Positions 25,354-37,047 are shown, counted from the stretch's first letter. The stretch: DNA of 64,000 nt from Kiritimatiellia bacterium (GCA_017427485.1 JAFRSR010000142.1:1862-65861), one strand, 5' to 3'. Made by a program: numbers and translations. Notes: generated from the letters alone by a model not told the origin.

Positions 25354-28300
25354 GTGAAAATCAGATGTGCTCTGACACTGTTTGTCCTTGCCGTGGTGGC
25401 AACACTTCGCGCGGCGGACATCACACTCGAGAACGAGGCGTTCCGGCTCGTGCTCGCGCACAACGGCGAGGCGAAATCGCTCGTCGTCAAGAAGACCGAC
25501 ACCGAATGCCTGATGCCGGGCGTGCGCGTGCCGTTCGTCACGATCGTGCAGAGCCGTCCCTACGACAACGAGTACAAGCTGATCCTCCCCGCAAAGCCGT
25601 GGCGCATTCCCTCAACGGGCATCGTGCAGCGCGGCAACTGCCTGGAGGTTCGCTTCAAGGACGAGTTCTTCGTTTTGAAGCTGCGCGTGAGGAAGGCGGC
25701 GGACTACATGCTCTTCACGCCCGAAGGCGTGGGCTACGAGATCGAGGCGTTCGGCGACAAGCGTCCCACGGAAATCGACGCGCTTGAGTTCCTGCGCCTG
25801 CCCGTGCGGGAGCGCGCGCATTTCGGAAAGTGCGCGAACGTGGCGTGGGACGAGCCTGCGGCCGTGGCGGTGATGGCCGAGGAGCCGTCCGTGGAGGTCG
25901 ACGCGCGGCGTTCGGAGGGGACGGAAGGCTGGCGTGTCTTCCAGGCCGGGACGATCACGCCGCTGGGTCTGTGGGAGAAGGGGGCCGCGCTGATGGCGAC
26001 GCCCGCCAAGGGCTTTCTGACGGCGGTTGATTCTTTCGAGCGCGACTGCTCGTTGCCGCGCGGCGCCGCCATGCGGCGCGACCCGCTCGCGGCGGCAAGC
26101 TACTGGATGATGGGCGCCGTCAATCCCGCGAACGTCGACGAGCACATCCGCCTGATGAAGAAAGGCGGGTTTCGCATCGGAATGGTCTCCTATTCGGCGT
26201 TTGCGTCCACGTGCGGCCACTTCGCCTGGCGGAAGACCTACCCCAACGGGCTCGCGGACCTGCGCGCCGTGGCGGACAAGATGCGCGCCGCCGGCATCGT
26301 GCCGGGGCTCCACTTCCACTACAACAAGGTCTCGACGGACGACGCGTACGTGAGCGGCGGCGTCCCCGATCCGCGTCTCGCGACCGTGCAGCACGTGGTG
26401 CTCGCGCGGGACGCGTCGCCGACCGACACGACGCTCTGCGTGGAGGGCAACCTGGCGGCGCTGCGGCGGGAACGCGGGCGGCGGCTCGTGCTGTTCGGGC
26501 AGGAGCTCGTCTCCTTCGAAGGCGTGTCCTCGAACCTGCTTGTCGGCGTCCGGCGCGGCGTGTACGGCTCGCGTCCCGCGGCGCATCCCCGCCATGCGTA
26601 CGGACGGCACCTCGACGTGGACGACTGGCCGCGCTTCATCCGCATCGACCAGGACACGGACCTGCAGGACGAGATTGCCGGCCGCCTGGCGGAGCTGATC
26701 AACGGCGCGGGGTTCCGTCTCTTCTACTTCGACGGGGCGGAGGACACGCCCCAGCCGTTCTGGCACTACGTGCCGTTCGCCCAGCGCCGAGTGTGGGAGA
26801 AGGTCAAGACGCCGGTCATCGCCGCGGAGACCGCGCAGAAGAGCCATTGGGGCTGGCACATGTTCGCGCGCGGGAACGCGTTCGACGTGTTCGCGCCCGA
26901 GTACACGCGCGCGGCGATGGAGAAGTACGTGCTGCGGTGCGCGCGCGACGCGGCGGACGACTTCTCGACGGTCAACTTTGGGTGGATCGGGGTGCGGGCG
27001 CCCGGCGACCGCATCCGCGTGGCGGATTTCCTGGCGCGCAGCGGGAAAGTCCAGACGACGGCCGGCACGCAGGTGGACCAGATCGAGTACATCGCCTGCA
27101 AGGCGCTTGCGTGGAACGCGCCACTTTCCGTCATGGGCAACCTGGACGTCTTCAAGCGGCATCCGCGCGCGGACGAGCTGCTGGCGGCGCTGAAGCGGTG
27201 GGAGGACGCGAAACTGGCGGGTACGATCGCGCCCGAGGTGCGCGAGGCGATGAAGGACCCGAAGCGCGAATGGTCGCTCCGTCCCGCGAAGGACGGCGGC
27301 GTGGAGCTCGTCGAGACGACGAGAGCCTGCTGGTTCGGTGTGCCGCTTCGTCTCGCCGTGTATGTCGGCGACGGCGCGCGGTCCGGCGGCGTGTTCCGCT
27401 GGCTTGAACTGACGGCCTGCGCGCGCGGGACGGAGACCGTGCCCGTGGACGCCCCCGCGATCAGGGCCGGCGCGCTTGACGGCGTGGACGTGCTTGTCGT
27501 GCCGGGCGGCAAGTCCGTCTTGATGGCGAAGTCCCTCGGCGCGGACGGCCGGTCGAAGGTCAAGTCGTTCGTGGAGCGCGGCGGCGGCTACGTCGGCACG
27601 TGCGCGGGATGCTGCCTCATGATGGAGCCGACGAAGGACCATCCCGACATGCTGAACATGATACCGTTCACGTTCGGTCCGCAGGGCGGGAAGGACGTGG
27701 CGGATCTGCTCCTCGATTTCAACGACCGGGCCGAGGCCCTGACGGGCATCAAGAAAGGCAAAAAGCGCGTCAAGTTCAGCAGAGGCCCCGTGCTGATTCC
27801 GTCCAAGCCCGTCTCGAACGCGGTGGTGGAGGTGGTCGCGACGTACGCAAGCGACGTCAATTCGACGGGTGAGGGTCCGCTTCCCTCAAAGGCCGGCCAG
27901 GTCGTGGCGGTCGCAGGGACCTACGGCCGGGGACGGCTCTTCGTCCTCGGCGTGCATCCCGAAAACGACGCGGCCGACCACGACATCCTGCGCGGCGCGT
28001 TCAAGTACGTGACGGGCCGGGCCGTCGAATGGGACGTCCCGCAACGGCGGCGCGGACAGCTCGCCGTGGGCGTCGTGACCGACGACTCGTTCGGCGTGGG
28101 GTCCGCGAAGTTCATCCAGCGTCTGGTGCGCGCGGGGGAGTTCGAGCTCGTGCCGCTGAGCTCCCTAATCGTCTCCAGCGGGACGTTGCGCCATCTTGAC
28201 GCGGTGCTGATTCCCGATTGCATGATGGGGGATAAACCGAGGACGGGACTTTTCGGCGACAATCTCGAGCGGACGCGCGAGTTCGTCGACCGCGGCGGGC

Positions 28301-29502
28301 GCATTATCGCGTGGGGCCGCGCGGCGGAACCGGCGCGGCGCATCGAGCCGCGCATCGAACTTGTCGCCGACGGAGACTCCGCCCTCGCCGCGTTGCGGGC
28401 GTTCGCGGCGGAACCCGTCCCCGCCCCGCCGCCGCTTCCCGGCAAAACCGCAAAACCGCTCCGCGCGGCGATCTACGCCGACAAGGGTGGGTCGAACGTC
28501 GCCGTGGCGGAGATGCTGTCCCTCGCCCCGGAGTACGACCTGAAGGTGCTCAGCGCGGAAGACTACCGCAAAGGGGCTTTGGATGGCGTCGACCTCCTCG
28601 TCCAGCCAGGGGGCGGTTGCCATTCGCAGTACACCAACCTGGGGCCTGACGGCGTGGCGGCGCTGAAGCGGTACGTCATGGGCGGCGGACGCTATTATGG
28701 CATCTGCGCGGGTGCGTTCCTCGCCTCCCAGCCCGTGCCGACGACGAAGCGCGGACCCTCGCGCGTCGGTCTGATTCCGTTCAAGGACGACACGCCCCAG
28801 CACTATCGCGGATGGGCGCCGATCAAGGTGTCTTTCACCGACGAGGGACGCGAGGCGCTGGGACTGTCCATCACGAACAGCACGGTGATGTACTGGGGCG
28901 GCCCGGCGCTTGTGGCCAGCGAGGCCGTTCCCGATTCGGACGTGAAGGTGTGGGGGAAGTACGCCGGACAGCTCATCAACACGTGCTCGTCGAAACCCGT
29001 GAAGGAGATGGCGGGCAAGGCGGCGTTCGTCGGCGGCCGCGTCGGGAAGGGGCGCGTGTTCCTCACCTGCCCGCATCCCGAAAAGAGCGAAGCCAACTTC
29101 GGCATCGTGCGGGGCGGGATCAAGTACCTGACGGGCGTTGCGCCCACGCCGGTCAACCACGACAGGGTGCGTGGCGCGGTGTCGGTGTACTTCCGGGCGG
29201 CGAAGGAGAAGTCCGCGGCCGAGTTCTACCTCGGGACGCTGCTCCGCGACAGGCGTTTCGACGCGACTGCGGGGTCGGGGCTTGAAGCGGACCAACTTCG
29301 GCATCTCGACGCCGTGGTGATTCCCGCGCTGCGCGAGAAGAATGACGAGGACATCCCTCTGCTGAAGAAATTCGCTGCGAAAGGCGGTCGCGTGGTGATC
29401 GTGGCCGACACGGAGAAGGAGCGCGAGCTGTCCGGCGCGATCCCCGGCGCGGTCGAGGTCGGCACCTACGGCGAGGTGTTGGACGCGATTCTCCGCAACT
29501 GA
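25354..29502 (+). CDS. large secreted multidomain protein: N-terminal unknown (possibly TIM-barrel-like) region plus four class-I glutamine-amidotransferase-like / BPL_N-like modules
   Basis: GTG 25354 lies 8 nt after the SD gaaaggag. Signal peptide VKIRCALTLFVLAVVATLRAA. Repeated modules such as LDGVDVLVVPGGKSVLMAKSLGADGRSKVKSFVERGGGYVGTCAGCCL and LDGVDLLVQPGGGCHSQY...YVMGGGRYYGICAGAFL. Confidence 0.55.
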   Translation: MKIRCALTLFVLAVVATLRAADITLENEAFRLVLAHNGEAKSLVVKKTDTECLMPGVRVPFVTIVQSRPYDNEYKLILPAKPWRIPSTGIVQRGNCLEVRFKDEFFVLKLRVRKAADYMLFTPEGVGYEIEAFGDKRPTEIDALEFLRLPVRERAHFGKCANVAWDEPAAVAVMAEEPSVEVDARRSEGTEGWRVFQAGTITPLGLWEKGAALMATPAKGFLTAVDSFERDCSLPRGAAMRRDPLAAASYWMMGAVNPANVDEHIRLMKKGGFRIGMVSYSAFASTCGHFAWRKTYPNGLADLRAVADKMRAAGIVPGLHFHYNKVSTDDAYVSGGVPDPRLATVQHVVLARDASPTDTTLCVEGNLAALRRERGRRLVLFGQELVSFEGVSSNLLVGVRRGVYGSRPAAHPRHAYGRHLDVDDWPRFIRIDQDTDLQDEIAGRLAELINGAGFRLFYFDGAEDTPQPFWHYVPFAQRRVWEKVKTPVIAAETAQKSHWGWHMFARGNAFDVFAPEYTRAAMEKYVLRCARDAADDFSTVNFGWIGVRAPGDRIRVADFLARSGKVQTTAGTQVDQIEYIACKALAWNAPLSVMGNLDVFKRHPRADELLAALKRWEDAKLAGTIAPEVREAMKDPKREWSLRPAKDGGVELVETTRACWFGVPLRLAVYVGDGARSGGVFRWLELTACARGTETVPVDAPAIRAGALDGVDVLVVPGGKSVLMAKSLGADGRSKVKSFVERGGGYVGTCAGCCLMMEPTKDHPDMLNMIPFTFGPQGGKDVADLLLDFNDRAEALTGIKKGKKRVKFSRGPVLIPSKPVSNAVVEVVATYASDVNSTGEGPLPSKAGQVVAVAGTYGRGRLFVLGVHPENDAADHDILRGAFKYVTGRAVEWDVPQRRRGQLAVGVVTDDSFGVGSAKFIQRLVRAGEFELVPLSSLIVSSGTLRHLDAVLIPDCMMGDKPRTGLFGDNLERTREFVDRGGRIIAWGRAAEPARRIEPRIELVADGDSALAALRAFAAEPVPAPPPLPGKTAKPLRAAIYADKGGSNVAVAEMLSLAPEYDLKVLSAEDYRKGALDGVDLLVQPGGGCHSQYTNLGPDGVAALKRYVMGGGRYYGICAGAFLASQPVPTTKRGPSRVGLIPFKDDTPQHYRGWAPIKVSFTDEGREALGLSITNSTVMYWGGPALVASEAVPDSDVKVWGKYAGQLINTCSSKPVKEMAGKAAFVGGRVGKGRVFLTCPHPEKSEANFGIVRGGIKYLTGVAPTPVNHDRVRGAVSVYFRAAKEKSAAEFYLGTLLRDRRFDATAGSGLEADQLRHLDAVVIPALREKNDEDIPLLKKFAAKGGRVVIVADTEKERELSGAIPGAVEVGTYGEVLDAILRN

Positions 29503-29504
29503 AG

Positions 29505-30998
<1,494 letters not shown>

Positions 30999-31020
30999 TT
31001 CCTTGCCTATAACTTGTTGA

Positions 31021-31103
31021 GACAGGATTACAGGATTTGCAGGATTTACAGGATTCTTCTGATTTCATAATCTTGTTAATCCTGATAATCCTGAAATCCT
31101 GTC
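31021..31103. repeat. inverted array of CAGGATT(T/A) 8-9-nt units between glpF and glpK
   Basis: Left arm gacaggattacaggatttgcaggatttacaggatt (31021-31055). Right arm aatcttgttaatcctgataatcctgaaatcctgtc (31069-31103). The arms are imperfectly complementary. Confidence 0.85.
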
Positions 31104-31112
31104 TAAAACCAC

Positions 31113-31841
31113 TCAAGACCACGGGAACACCTTGTACAGCCACACGGCGGCGAGCGCTCCGACGAGCGGTCCAAGCACGGGCACCCATGCGTAGCGCCAG
31201 TTCGCCGGCGCCTTGTTCGCCATCGGCAGAAGGGCGTAGACGATCCGCGGGCCGAGGTCGCGGGCGGGGTTGATGGCGTAGCCCGTGAGTCCGCCCAGGG
31301 ACATGCCGATCGAGACGATGATGGCGAACACGAAGAGGTATTTCAGGCCGCCGGCGATTTCCGGCACCTGGGCGATTCCCTTGATCGCGAACACAAGCAC
31401 GAACGTGCCGAGGGCCTCGGCGAGGAAGTTGAACGGAATGCACGGGATACTCGGCGTCGTGCAGAAACAGGCCCGCTTGGCCTCGCCATCGGTTGTTGCG
31501 GCGAAATGCTTGCAGTAGAGCGCCCACACGAGGAACGCGCCGAGCATGCCGCCGAGCATCTGCCCGGCCACGTACCAGCCGACGAGTCCCGGCGCAAGGC
31601 TGCCGTCCACCGCGAACGCGATCGTGAGCACGGGGTTGAAGTGCGCGCCCGTCGTTTCGCCGAAGATGAACGCCGGCAGCAGCACCGCGAGGCCCCACGC
31701 GATGGTGATCTGCACCGTGCCGCCGTCCTTCATGCCGGATTTCTCCAGTTTCACGTTCGCCACCACTCCGTTGCCGAGCAGGATGAGGATCGCAGTCCCC
31801 ACGAGCTCCGCGAGAAAACAAGTTGTTCCGCACGTTGTCAT
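31113..31841 (-). CDS. glpF: aquaglyceroporin / glycerol uptake facilitator (MIP family)
   Basis: MTTCGTTCFLAELVGTAILILLGNG... with NPx boxes HFNPVLT and INPARDLGPR. ATG 31841 is preferred over the long listed ORF that extends to 32282. Confidence 0.8.
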   Translation of the reverse strand: MTTCGTTCFLAELVGTAILILLGNGVVANVKLEKSGMKDGGTVQITIAWGLAVLLPAFIFGETTGAHFNPVLTIAFAVDGSLAPGLVGWYVAGQMLGGMLGAFLVWALYCKHFAATTDGEAKRACFCTTPSIPCIPFNFLAEALGTFVLVFAIKGIAQVPEIAGGLKYLFVFAIIVSIGMSLGGLTGYAINPARDLGPRIVYALLPMANKAPANWRYAWVPVLGPLVGALAAVWLYKVFPWS

Positions 31842-31878
31842 TTCGCTTCTCTCCAGTTTTGCCGTTGCTGTTGCTGAA

Positions 31879-31887
31879 AGTATACCA
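31879..31887 (-). promoter_or_regulatory. extended -10 box (TGGTATACT) for glpF-glpK
   Basis: The minus strand reads atgtggtatactttcagc, followed by an about 37-nt leader with a ggagag SD before ATG 31841. Confidence 0.4.
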
Positions 31888-31949
31888 CATTCCCCGACAT
31901 CGGCGCAAATGTCCATTATCGTGAAGTTGCGCTGCGGCGTGTGATTCTG

Positions 31950-31958
31950 TGGTATAAT
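31950..31958 (+). promoter_or_regulatory. extended -10 box (TGGTATAAT), leaderless geometry
   Basis: tggtataat is followed by 7 nt (atcggcc) and then ATG 31966, with no SD sequence. Confidence 0.5.
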
Positions 31959-31965
31959 ATCGGCC

Positions 31966-33435
31966 ATGAAAACAAAGAAACTCCTCCTCGCCGTCGCGGC
32001 GCTCCTCGCCGCGGGAACCGCATTCGGCGCGATCCGCGCCGTCACCCCCGTCGCCTGGAAGGGCGACCCCGCCTGCTGGCAGCAGAAGCGCCATGCCGAG
32101 AAGATGGCCGCCGTCAAGGGCGGCGGCGCGAAGGTGGTGTTCATCGGCGACTCCATCACCCACTTCTGGGAAAGCAAGGGCAAGGAGCAGGCGCAGAAGT
32201 ACTTCTCCGAGGGCGACATGAAGATGCTGAACCTCGGCACGAGCGCCGACCGTACGGAGCACGTCCTGTGGCGCCTCGACAACGGCGAACTCGACGGCTA
32301 CGAGGCGAAGTGCGTGCTGCTGATGATCGGCACGAACAACTCCGGCCACTTCAAGAACTTCTCGGACGAGCCGCCTGCCGACACGATCCTCGGCATCAGC
32401 GAGATCCTGAAGAGAATCCGCGCGAAGCAGCCGAAGGCCGTGGTGGTGCTCACGGCGATCTTCCCGCGCGGCGCCGGCGAGACGGATCCGTACCGTCTCC
32501 GCAACGACGTGGTGAACGCGCAGATCCGCAAGTTCTGCGACGGCAAGACCGTGTTCTGGTGCGACTTCACCGATCGGTTCCTCGACAAGGACGGCGATAC
32601 CAAGTGGGTGATGCCGGACCGTCTGCACCCGGGGGCGCAGGGCTACGAGATCTGGTACGAGGAGGTGAAGCCCTACATCGACTACGCGCTTTCGGACGGC
32701 AAGCTGCCGTGTCCGAAAAACCGTTTCTCGAAGGCGAAGACGCACTTCGAGAAGGCCAACGAGAGTAAGCCGGCGCCCGTCGTCCCCGCCACGCGCATCG
32801 AGGGCGCAAAGGTGAAGAACCCGAAGCGCGGCGACTGGTGGCTGAATCGCCTGCGGCAGAAGCGCGACCAGATCGCGGCGTCGAACGGCGAAATCGACCT
32901 CGTGTTCTTCGGCGATTCCATCACGCACAACTGGGAGCGTTCCGGCAAGGGGTGGCTCGCCAAGCTCTCCGAGACGTATTCCATTCTCGACATCGGCTAC
33001 GGCGGCGACCGCACGCAGCATCTCGTGTGGCGCGGCGAGAACGGCGAGCTCGACGGCTACAAGGCCAAGTGCGTCATGCTGATGATCGGCACGAACAACC
33101 GCGAGCCGGTGGAGGACGTCGCGAAGGGCGTGCGCGAGGTGCTGGACGTCATCGCCCGGAAGCAGCCGCAGGCGAAGACGCTCCTGTTGCCGATCTTCGT
33201 GCGCGGGGAGGGCCCGAACAACGCGCGGCGCATCGCGAACGAGCAGGTGAACGCCATCATCAAGGGCTATGCCGACGGCGACAAGGTGATCTGGTGCGAC
33301 TTCAACGCCAAGTTCCTCGACGAGAAGGGCGACACCCAGTGGATCATGCGCGACCGTCTGCATCCCGGCGACGCGGGCTACAAGATCTGGACCGAGTCCG
33401 TGTTGCCGTACTTCAAGAAGATTTGCGGCAAGTAG
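31966..33435 (+). CDS. secreted tandem SGNH/GDSL hydrolase (two esterase domains)
   Basis: Signal peptide MKTKKLLLAVAALLAAGTAFGA. Duplicated block I motifs VVFIGDSITHFWE and LVFFGDSITHNWE, each followed by MIGTNN and DRLHPG. Confidence 0.8.
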   Translation: MKTKKLLLAVAALLAAGTAFGAIRAVTPVAWKGDPACWQQKRHAEKMAAVKGGGAKVVFIGDSITHFWESKGKEQAQKYFSEGDMKMLNLGTSADRTEHVLWRLDNGELDGYEAKCVLLMIGTNNSGHFKNFSDEPPADTILGISEILKRIRAKQPKAVVVLTAIFPRGAGETDPYRLRNDVVNAQIRKFCDGKTVFWCDFTDRFLDKDGDTKWVMPDRLHPGAQGYEIWYEEVKPYIDYALSDGKLPCPKNRFSKAKTHFEKANESKPAPVVPATRIEGAKVKNPKRGDWWLNRLRQKRDQIAASNGEIDLVFFGDSITHNWERSGKGWLAKLSETYSILDIGYGGDRTQHLVWRGENGELDGYKAKCVMLMIGTNNREPVEDVAKGVREVLDVIARKQPQAKTLLLPIFVRGEGPNNARRIANEQVNAIIKGYADGDKVIWCDFNAKFLDEKGDTQWIMRDRLHPGDAGYKIWTESVLPYFKKICGK

Positions 33436-33516
33436 CCGATGCGCGCCAGTCGCGCTACGATTGGACGGACTTGCGGTAATGTTTTGCGTCAATGCCTGAA
33501 TGCGTTCGGGATTCTG

Positions 33517-33525
33517 TGATATAAT
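33517..33525 (+). promoter_or_regulatory. extended -10 box (TGATATAAT)
   Basis: tgatataat is followed by a leader carrying the strong SD aaaaggagg and then ATG 33558. Confidence 0.45.
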
Positions 33526-33557
33526 AGGCGAAATCTTGAAAAGGAGGATTCCTCGAT

Positions 33558-35975
33558 ATGAACGCGAGAAAGACGATAGGCCTTGTTTGGGCGGTGGCAA
33601 TCGCCGTCGTCGCGCAGGGAGCCGAAGTCGAATCAGTCAAGAGCGCAACCGGGCAAGGCGTCTCGATCTTTGACCCTGCCACATGGGGCATTTCAGGAGT
33701 CCTGTCGTCCGCCGACGACTACATCCTCAAGCACAACGGCATTTCCGTGAGCCCGAGCCGCTACATGGACGCGACGACGAAAGTCGCCACGTTCCCTGGC
33801 AACTCGCTGCACCTGCGCGCATCGTTCCAGCCGGATAGCAGGGGGTATGTCCTTGAATTCCCGCGCGCGGGACTCTTCTTCGACCAGAATGGCATCTTCC
33901 GTACGTGGGATACGTCCACGACGCCGGGAACGATAGGCGTGACGGGAACGGCCATCACCGTGACGAGTCCGGATTCCGCACCGGCGAAAATCATGTCCAC
34001 GGCCGCGCCCCCCGGGGTCATGACATGTGATTTCTGCGCGCCGCTGAACGGCGCGGCCGGGACGCGGCTGCAGGTGCAGCGATACTCAAACTCAACCTAT
34101 CCGGGCACCATGACGCTCCGTCTCCTGAACGCTTGCACGAACTTCTTCGGCACGATCCGCCTGGAAGGCAACAAGAGCACGCTGGTGCTGGGAACGCCAG
34201 AGTTCCCGGGGACGGTGCGGCTGTGCTACACGACGGCGGGCGGCACCAGCACCCTGACGGCGCTGGACGGCGTGAACGCGTCGGTCAAGGCGGTCATCGG
34301 CGAGAACGCCCCCGTGACGATTGCCGTGCCGCAGGCGGATTCGTTTGAGATAGGCGACCTGACGCTGGCGGGCGGCACGATTTCGTTTGCGGCCGTGGGC
34401 TCGGGCACGAACACGCATGCCGCCGTGCTGGCGGTGACCAATTCGCTCGCCCTTTCGTCGCCCGTGACGATCGCGTATCCGGCGGGCGCGGCGGCGTTCC
34501 GCGCGGCGCCGCTCGACGACCTGGCGGCGGCCGTGACCGTGCTGACGCTGCCGGTCGGGAAGGGGACGCTTTCCGCGAGCGACTTCACGCTTGCCATCGA
34601 GGCGCAGCCTGACGTCTGCGGCGCGCTTCCGCATAGCCCGTATCTAGCGGTGCGGACGGTCGATGGCCTCCAGCGGCTCGTGGTGGCCTACGACCAGCCG
34701 GTTGTTGTTCAGACGTTTCCCGATTACTCCAATAACGGAGGGTCGTCTTTCCTGGAGGCGAACAAGGGTCGGTGGTCGGACGGGCAGCTGCCGGGACCCG
34801 GCAAGCACTACTTCGTGCCGGCGAATGTCCAGCTCATGACGGTGAACAACGTGCCGTTCACCGGCGAGTCGTTGACGGTGCGCGGAACGCTGGCGATCTG
34901 CGCGCAGCGCTTCACGGTGACGGCCATTTCGTTTGTGGGCGGGGCGGTCATCTACGAATACTCAAGCAATCCTGTCCTTGACGGGCCGGTGACGACTTAC
35001 GGCACGGATGCCGTCCGCGTGCGCCCGTCGCCGGGCAACACGCTCACGTTCACCGGCGAGCTTTCGGGCACGGCGCCTTTCCGCCTCCTCTACTACGAGG
35101 CAAACGGCGTCGGGAGAAACACCGGCGTGAGGTTTTCGCACGACAACACGCCGTATGCCGGAAAGTTTGAATTCGGCGTGGCGAACACGAGCGGACTCAG
35201 CAGCGACTACGCAGACGGGAACACAAGCGTGAAGCTTCAGGTTGCCGACCAGCGGGAGTTGGGCGGCCCGCTTCCCGCCTTTGCGTACGACGCGATCACG
35301 CTCAACAGCCGCATGGGCGTGGCGGCAGTCGATTCACTGGTGTTTGACGAACCGACGCGCGGGCTCTATGTCTACGGGGCCGGGCGCGTGGACGTGCCGG
35401 CCGGGAAGCAACTGGCATTCGCCCAGCCCATTACCTGGCGCGGGAGCCTGATGAAATACGGCGCGGGCACACTGGCGTTCGGAGGCGTCTCCGCCCCGAG
35501 GTTCTACTATCAGAGCGCGATTCACGACACGCCGATGACGACGGCGGACAAGATCATGCGGACGACCGTGCTGGAAGGCGGCGTGAAGGCGCTCACGACG
35601 AATGCCCTGGACGGCTGCGAGCTGGAGATCTGCTCGGGTGCGTCGCTCGTGCTGGACGCCGCCCCGACGAACGCGGACCTGCGGGCGTACGGGTTCGTCA
35701 ACGCGAAGTGGGGCACGCCGTTCGTGCTGCCCGAGGGGATGACGACGGTGCCGGTGACGTTCGACTTCGGCGGCGGGGAACCGGATTTCGCGGTGCGCAC
35801 GCTCGGCATCTGCACGGTGAGGTCGGACGCGACGGGCGTTTCGAATGCGCTGTTCGCGCCGGTGCCGCCGAGCCGCTACGGCGCGCGGGTCCTGTCGGCG
35901 GTCGACGCCGCAACGGGCCTGACGACCTACTCCGTGCAGATCGCCCGGAGCGGCCTCACGATCATCTTCAAGTAA
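33558..35975 (+). CDS. secreted large surface protein (beta-helix-like, no named domain recognised)
   Basis: Signal peptide MNARKTIGLVWAVAIAVVAQGA. Gly/Thr/Ala-rich repetitive strands. It ends ...RSGLTIIFK. Confidence 0.65.
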   Translation: MNARKTIGLVWAVAIAVVAQGAEVESVKSATGQGVSIFDPATWGISGVLSSADDYILKHNGISVSPSRYMDATTKVATFPGNSLHLRASFQPDSRGYVLEFPRAGLFFDQNGIFRTWDTSTTPGTIGVTGTAITVTSPDSAPAKIMSTAAPPGVMTCDFCAPLNGAAGTRLQVQRYSNSTYPGTMTLRLLNACTNFFGTIRLEGNKSTLVLGTPEFPGTVRLCYTTAGGTSTLTALDGVNASVKAVIGENAPVTIAVPQADSFEIGDLTLAGGTISFAAVGSGTNTHAAVLAVTNSLALSSPVTIAYPAGAAAFRAAPLDDLAAAVTVLTLPVGKGTLSASDFTLAIEAQPDVCGALPHSPYLAVRTVDGLQRLVVAYDQPVVVQTFPDYSNNGGSSFLEANKGRWSDGQLPGPGKHYFVPANVQLMTVNNVPFTGESLTVRGTLAICAQRFTVTAISFVGGAVIYEYSSNPVLDGPVTTYGTDAVRVRPSPGNTLTFTGELSGTAPFRLLYYEANGVGRNTGVRFSHDNTPYAGKFEFGVANTSGLSSDYADGNTSVKLQVADQRELGGPLPAFAYDAITLNSRMGVAAVDSLVFDEPTRGLYVYGAGRVDVPAGKQLAFAQPITWRGSLMKYGAGTLAFGGVSAPRFYYQSAIHDTPMTTADKIMRTTVLEGGVKALTTNALDGCELEICSGASLVLDAAPTNADLRAYGFVNAKWGTPFVLPEGMTTVPVTFDFGGGEPDFAVRTLGICTVRSDATGVSNALFAPVPPSRYGARVLSAVDAATGLTTYSVQIARSGLTIIFK

Positions 35976-35995
35976 AACAGAAAAGGAACAGGCAA

Positions 35996-37027
35996 ATGGC
36001 AATCGAGCAGACGGGCATCAGCTACTACGGGCTGAACTACGTGGAGCACGCGGAGGCGGACTTCTCCGAGATGAAGGCGCACGGGGTCACGCAGGTGATC
36101 CTCGCCGTCACGGAGTTCGACTTCGACTTCTGGCGTCCGAACATCCCGAAGATCGTCGAGAAGGCGCACGAGCTGGGGCTGCGCGTCCTCATCGACCCGT
36201 GGGGCAACGGCAAGTACTTCGGCGGCGAGCAGGTGTCGAAGTTCCTGCAGGACAACGTGGAGAACCGCCAGGTCTCCGCCCTCACCGGCGAGAGGCTGCC
36301 CTACGCCTGCTTCAACACGAACAGCTACCGCGACTACTTCCGCAACTTCTGCACCACGCTCGCGCGCGAGACGGCGTGCGATGGCTTCTTCTGGGACGAG
36401 CCGCACTACGCCTTCCCGAAGGGCATCGCCTCCATCACGGGCGGCGTGGCGGACGACTGGACGTGCTTCTGCCCCGTCTGCCGCAAGCGCTTCCTCGACT
36501 ACTACGGCTACGAGATGCCGCGCTACATGACGAACGACGTGAAGCAGTTCCGCTGGCGCGAGGCGCTCGTGGTGCTGAGCGGCACGTCGAAGGCCATCAA
36601 GGAGATCCGCGAGGACTGCGAGATCACCTGCTGCGTGCACGCCACGCAGAACGGCTACTACGTGAGCGAGTACCGCGGCTACGACAACTGGGACCTCGTG
36701 GGCGCGTGCCCGTACTTCGACGTGTTCTCGACCACGATCGTCAACTGGGCTCTCCCCGAGGACTTCTTCCGCGAGATCACGCGCCGCACGGTGGCGATCG
36801 CGAAGAAGTACGGCAAGCAGTCCGAGCGCTGGCTCATGGGCTACTACAAGCAGCCGAAGGACTTCTCGCAGATCGACCGCTGGGTGGACATCGCCGTGGA
36901 GGAGGGCGTGGACCGCCTCTCGGCCTGGACCTACCGCGGCGGCTACGGCACGGTCGTGGGCGCCCCCGACGCGCTCAGGCTGTGGGATCGGATCGGCGAG
37001 AACTACAGACGCGTGCTGGACGCGTAG
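35996..37027 (+). CDS. cytoplasmic hypothetical protein, possibly a (beta/alpha)8 glycosidase-like fold
   Basis: ATG 35996 is in frame with listed ORF 35708-37027. High GC3. No signal peptide. Motifs FFWDEPHY and CFCPVCRKRF. No confident family assignment. Confidence 0.45.
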   Translation: MAIEQTGISYYGLNYVEHAEADFSEMKAHGVTQVILAVTEFDFDFWRPNIPKIVEKAHELGLRVLIDPWGNGKYFGGEQVSKFLQDNVENRQVSALTGERLPYACFNTNSYRDYFRNFCTTLARETACDGFFWDEPHYAFPKGIASITGGVADDWTCFCPVCRKRFLDYYGYEMPRYMTNDVKQFRWREALVVLSGTSKAIKEIREDCEITCCVHATQNGYYVSEYRGYDNWDLVGACPYFDVFSTTIVNWALPEDFFREITRRTVAIAKKYGKQSERWLMGYYKQPKDFSQIDRWVDIAVEEGVDRLSAWTYRGGYGTVVGAPDALRLWDRIGENYRRVLDA

Positions 37028-37047
37028 GAGGGTTGCGCGAAGCGCGG

